Shown here: positions 60,249-64,000 of the stretch, in pieces
How positions within the stretch are numbered: position 1 is the first letter of the stretch
Layout of the letters: each line of letters starts with the position of its first letter
DNA from: Phycisphaeraceae bacterium
GTDB lineage: Bacteria; Planctomycetota; Phycisphaerae; Phycisphaerales; Phycisphaeraceae
Direction of reading: 5' to 3'
NCBI GenBank assembly: GCA_963674705.1
Contig: OY771506.1
Coordinates: 5,120,001-5,184,000, forward strand
Length of the DNA stretch: 64,000 nt
The notes under the pieces: model-generated
What the model saw: the letters and a program-made list of their open reading frames with translations, nothing else
Database searches by the model: none
What the model was told of the DNA's origin: nothing
Program-made: the position numbers and the translations under genes

Positions 60249-61976
60249 ATGAAGAAGTACTCCCTCCGCGAGAGTTTTTGCGTGGTATTGGTGATGGCTC
60301 TGCTCTGCTGCGCCGCCGGTGCCGCCAAAGCACAAACCATCCAGGGCGATCTCGACGGCGACGGCTTCGTCGGCGCGCTCGATATCCAGATCATCCTAAA
60401 CAACTGGAACCAACTGGTCCCCGTCGGCGACCTGTCTCACGGCGATCTACTCCCCGACGGCTACGTCGACCTCAGCGACCTCACCTTCCTGCTGCTGAAC
60501 TGGGGCCAAGGCACCATCCCAACACCCGGCGGCGACGCCTCGCTCGGTATCAACCTTAACGAACTCACCTACTACACACGCGAACTCGCCTTCGTCGACG
60601 CGGTCAAAAGCGCCAGGCCATGGGTCTCAACCAATCCCAGCGGCCAACCCTTTGATACCGGCCAAACCGTCAACACCGACGCCAACGGCTGGCCCATCCT
60701 CCAATCCGGCCAGGCCGCGCAAACCCTGATGCTCGTCGATAAGCCCGGCGCTTACCCCACCGGCACCTACACCGTCACTTTCGACGGCGACGGCGAACTC
60801 GACTTCGAGTTCGACGCCTCCAACGTACAACTCGTCAGCACGGGAAGGATGACCTTCCAGGTCAATAGCGCCTCCTCCAGCGGGATCCTCATGCGGATCA
60901 GTCGCTCCAATCCCAGTGATCACGTCCGCAACATCAAGGTCTGGATGCCCGGCTACGAGGGCGCGACTTCATCCTTCCACGACCTGTTCATCCAACGCCT
61001 TCAGCCCTTCGGTGTTATCCGCTTCATGGACTGGCAGCACACCAACGGCTCGAAGCTCGTTAGCTGGTCCGACCGCACCGAGCCCGATGACTTCAGCATG
61101 GATACAACCAACGGCGTCGCGCTCGAATACATGATCGAACTCTGCAACGAACTGGGCGCTGATGCCTGGTTCTGCATGCCCCACCAGGCCGACGACAACT
61201 TCGTCACCCAGTTCGCCACCATGGTCCGGGACAACCTCGATCCGGAGTTGAAGGTCTACATCGAATGGTCCAACGAAGTCTGGAACTCGCAGTTCTCCCA
61301 GAGCAAGTGGGTCAACCAGCAATCCGGCTCCAACATCTTCTCCGACGCCTGGTTCCAGACCATGGCCGGGCATGTAGCAAACGACTTCGGGATCTGGCAG
61401 AACGTCTTCGCCGGGCAAACGGACCGCCTTTTCCGTGTCGCCGCAGGCCAGCAGGCCAACGTCTGGGTCACGCGACGGCTTACACAGGAACTGGATAACC
61501 TCGGCAGCCCGTATGACGCGATCTCCTGTGCCGCCTACTTCGACCACTGGAACGCTAAATTCGACGCCAGCACCACTGTTCAGGACATCCTCGACAACGC
61601 CATCAACCACACCATCCCCGACATCTACACCGGCTTCTACCAGGACCACGGCGACCTCTCGCAGGAACTGACCAACCGCCTGGGGCGTAATATCCCGCTG
61701 CTGGCTTACGAAGGCGGGCAGCACTACACCGTCCACGGCAACTCGGCCGCGCCGTACTACCAGGCGTTCAAGGATGTGCAGGAAGCCGACGGGATGTACG
61801 ACGCCTACACGGCGAACATGGAGGCCTTCGACCAAGCCGGCGGGTCTCTTTTCATGGCCTATAACTACATCCGCAAGCAGGATCAGTACGGCTCGTGGGG
61901 CCACCTTCAGTACCAGAACCAGGACCCCAACACGTCGCCCAAATACCGGGCATTACTGGACTTCAATAGCGAATAA
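60249..61976 (+). CDS. Secreted protein: N-terminal paired dockerin-like module plus putative clan GH-A-like glycoside hydrolase domain, paralog 1
   Basis: Signal peptide, GDLDGDGFVGALD / GDLLPDGYVDLSD, LGINL, RFMDW, YIEWSNEVWN, AYEGGQH, WGHL. No PEP-CTERM tail. Confidence 0.8.
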   Translation: MKKYSLRESFCVVLVMALLCCAAGAAKAQTIQGDLDGDGFVGALDIQIILNNWNQLVPVGDLSHGDLLPDGYVDLSDLTFLLLNWGQGTIPTPGGDASLGINLNELTYYTRELAFVDAVKSARPWVSTNPSGQPFDTGQTVNTDANGWPILQSGQAAQTLMLVDKPGAYPTGTYTVTFDGDGELDFEFDASNVQLVSTGRMTFQVNSASSSGILMRISRSNPSDHVRNIKVWMPGYEGATSSFHDLFIQRLQPFGVIRFMDWQHTNGSKLVSWSDRTEPDDFSMDTTNGVALEYMIELCNELGADAWFCMPHQADDNFVTQFATMVRDNLDPELKVYIEWSNEVWNSQFSQSKWVNQQSGSNIFSDAWFQTMAGHVANDFGIWQNVFAGQTDRLFRVAAGQQANVWVTRRLTQELDNLGSPYDAISCAAYFDHWNAKFDASTTVQDILDNAINHTIPDIYTGFYQDHGDLSQELTNRLGRNIPLLAYEGGQHYTVHGNSAAPYYQAFKDVQEADGMYDAYTANMEAFDQAGGSLFMAYNYIRKQDQYGSWGHLQYQNQDPNTSPKYRALLDFNSE

Positions 61977-62044
61977 GCAATTTTTAACAAAACTTCTGTA
62001 CAATACTCACTCCCGGGCGGATGATATCGGCTTGTGAAAAAATC

Positions 62045-62072
62045 TTGACAAGGCAGTTACGAGCGGTAAGTT
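62045..62072 (+). promoter_or_regulatory. Candidate sigma70-type promoter
   Basis: TTGACA-N16-TAAGTT upstream of the 62149 gene. Confidence 0.35.
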
Positions 62073-62148
62073 CAATAGCTTGCAAGGATGCATAGACGGC
62101 TACTGTCTCAAGTGCCTGCTATGTGTTTTTCCAGATTGAGGGCGAGAG

Positions 62149-63870
62149 ATGTTAAAGAATAATCTGATTCTTGCGTTGTGTCTTTTGTCGTGCGTAGCCG
62201 TGATCGGGCCATGCTACGCGCAGGTGAATGACACGGTCGCGCCGATCACCGGCGATCTGGATGGTGACAGCTTCGTCGGACTTAGCGACCTTGGCATCAT
62301 TATCGAGCACTGGAACCAAAAGGTCACGCCCGGCGACCTGCTCTTGGGTGATCCTTCAGGCGATGGCGAGGTCGGCCTCGCTGACATCGACATCCTCGTC
62401 AACAACTGGAACCTCGGCTACCCCATCCCCGCTGAGCGCAACCTCAATCTCGGTATCAACCTCTCACAACTCAACTACTACAGCCGTGAATGGGTCTTCG
62501 TCGACGCCGTCAAGCAAGCCCGGGAATGGGTGATGACCACGCCCACCGGCAACCCGTTCGACACCGGCGAAACCGTCATCACCGATCGCAACGGCTGGCC
62601 GTTATTGCAGGAAGGCCAGGCCGCGCAAACGATCATGTTCAACGGGATGGAAGGCGCTTACCCCGCCGGACAGTACGTCTGCACCTATGAAGGCACGGGC
62701 GAGATCATCCTGACATGGGACGCCGACGTCGCTTCTAAGGAGACCGGCCGCATAGTTGCCAATGTCACGCCCAGCGACAACGGCATCCTCATGCGCATCG
62801 CTTCCTCCGACTCTGCCGATCCCATCCGCAACATCAAGCTATGGATGCCGGGCTTCGAAGATGCGCAGTCTTCCTTCCACCCGCTCTTCCTGCAAAGGCT
62901 CGCCAAGTTCAAAGTCCTGCGCTTTATGGACTGGCAACACACCAACGAAGTCGACGACACCGTGTCATGGTCAAACCGTTCACGGCCCGTCTACTACACG
63001 CAAGGCACGCTCCGCGGCGTCTCGATCGAACAGATGATTGAACTGTGTAACGAACTACATGCCGATCCTTGGTTCTGCATGCCGCACACCGCCAGCGACG
63101 CCTACATCGCCAACTTCTCCGCGCTCGTGCAGGAGCTGCTGGACCCCGATCGCAAGATATATATTGAGTGGTCCAACGAGGTCTGGAACTCTCGCTTTGA
63201 TGTCCACCAGTATGTCAAGACGCAATCGGGTGGATCGAGCTTTTCAGATGAATGGTTCGACTTCTGGGCCGACCGCGTCTCCAACACGTTCACGATCTGG
63301 GAAAACACGTTCTACGGCGAAGAGGACCGGCTCGTGCGCGTCGCCGCAGGCCAGGAAGCAAACGTCTGGGTCACCCAGAACCTTGCCAACCGATTGAACG
63401 GCCAACTCGATGCGATTGCCTGCGCCGCCTACTTCGGCGAAGACGGCGCCGACTTCGACGAAAGCACGACCGCCGAGCAGATCCTGCTCGACGCGATCAA
63501 CCGAGCGATCCCGCAGAAGTCCGCCGTCTTCTACCAGAAGCACGGCGACCTGGCCGGAAAACTCTCCAATGAGTTAGGCCGAACCATCCGCTTCATCGGT
63601 TACGAGGGCGGCCAGCACTACGCCGACGACAACCGACACGTGCCCTACGAGCAGGCGCTGCTGGATATGCAATACCTGCCCAGGATGTTCAGCGCGTATC
63701 TGCAAAACCTCGACGCCTTCGAGCAGGCCGGCGCCGACCTCGTCTGCCCCTTCAACTACGTCGACCGCCCCGGCAACCACGGCGCCTGGGGACACCTCGA
63801 GGTGCAGGACGCCTCACTCGATACCTCCGAAAAGTTCCACGCCTTGATGTACTACATCAAAGATCAGTAA
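62149..63870 (+). CDS. Secreted protein: N-terminal paired dockerin-like module plus putative clan GH-A-like glycoside hydrolase domain, paralog 2
   Basis: Signal peptide, GDLDGDSFVGLSD / GDPSGDGEVGLAD, RFMDW, YIEWSNEVWN, GYEGGQH, WGHL; homologous to the upstream gene along its length. Confidence 0.8.
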   Translation: MLKNNLILALCLLSCVAVIGPCYAQVNDTVAPITGDLDGDSFVGLSDLGIIIEHWNQKVTPGDLLLGDPSGDGEVGLADIDILVNNWNLGYPIPAERNLNLGINLSQLNYYSREWVFVDAVKQAREWVMTTPTGNPFDTGETVITDRNGWPLLQEGQAAQTIMFNGMEGAYPAGQYVCTYEGTGEIILTWDADVASKETGRIVANVTPSDNGILMRIASSDSADPIRNIKLWMPGFEDAQSSFHPLFLQRLAKFKVLRFMDWQHTNEVDDTVSWSNRSRPVYYTQGTLRGVSIEQMIELCNELHADPWFCMPHTASDAYIANFSALVQELLDPDRKIYIEWSNEVWNSRFDVHQYVKTQSGGSSFSDEWFDFWADRVSNTFTIWENTFYGEEDRLVRVAAGQEANVWVTQNLANRLNGQLDAIACAAYFGEDGADFDESTTAEQILLDAINRAIPQKSAVFYQKHGDLAGKLSNELGRTIRFIGYEGGQHYADDNRHVPYEQALLDMQYLPRMFSAYLQNLDAFEQAGADLVCPFNYVDRPGNHGAWGHLEVQDASLDTSEKFHALMYYIKDQ

Positions 63871-64000
63871 GCGACCAAACGCGATCAAGACGTGACACCG
63901 GTTGCGCCGTACATCAATCCATAATAGCCGCGAACCGCCGGCTCGCGCGCCAGCCACACACAATCAAACGCCTTGACGTCTTGTAACACAGAACCGATCT

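Noticed and set aside
60969..61904. 311-aa minus-strand ORF, and similar ORFs at 38680-39510 and 48687-49493
   Set aside because: Antisense shadows produced by codon bias in the real genes.

Overview
A GC-rich, gene-dense bacterial chromosomal segment. Gene content (many PEP-CTERM proteins with paired dockerin-like EF-hand repeats, GspG-like domains on non-pilin proteins, a PEGA lipoprotein) suggests Planctomycetota, probably Phycisphaerae (inference). About 45 CDS can be supported: housekeeping and metabolic genes (ppk2, lptF/lptG, PfkB sugar kinase plus LarA-family epimerase, ugd, ferredoxin nitrite/sulfite reductase, pnuC-nadR, moaC, DUF47-pit-sixA, AddAB-like helicase/nuclease) interleaved with many secreted or surface proteins. 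Main observations: (1) eight different secreted proteins carry the same conserved duplicated dockerin-like module (GDLNGDGFVGLDDLDIVLxNWN twice). Six have it directly before a PEP-CTERM-type anchor, and two unanchored clan GH-A-like proteins have it at the N-terminus, suggesting a modular surface-assembly system whose partner is not in this window. (2) A 15 kb array of four large repeat-rich PEP-CTERM genes that are domain mosaics of one another. (3) Intergenic inverted-repeat elements built from 7-, 9- and 10-nt tandem units, one nested inside another, plus several REP-like motifs. (4) A PadR/HAAS-like module with a perfect palindrome over its -10 box, and a tandem pair of GspG-like membrane proteins. 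(5) A +1 frameshift splitting the AddB-like gene. No rRNA, tRNA, CRISPR array, transposase or integrase was recognised. All family calls come from motif recognition by eye, not database searches.
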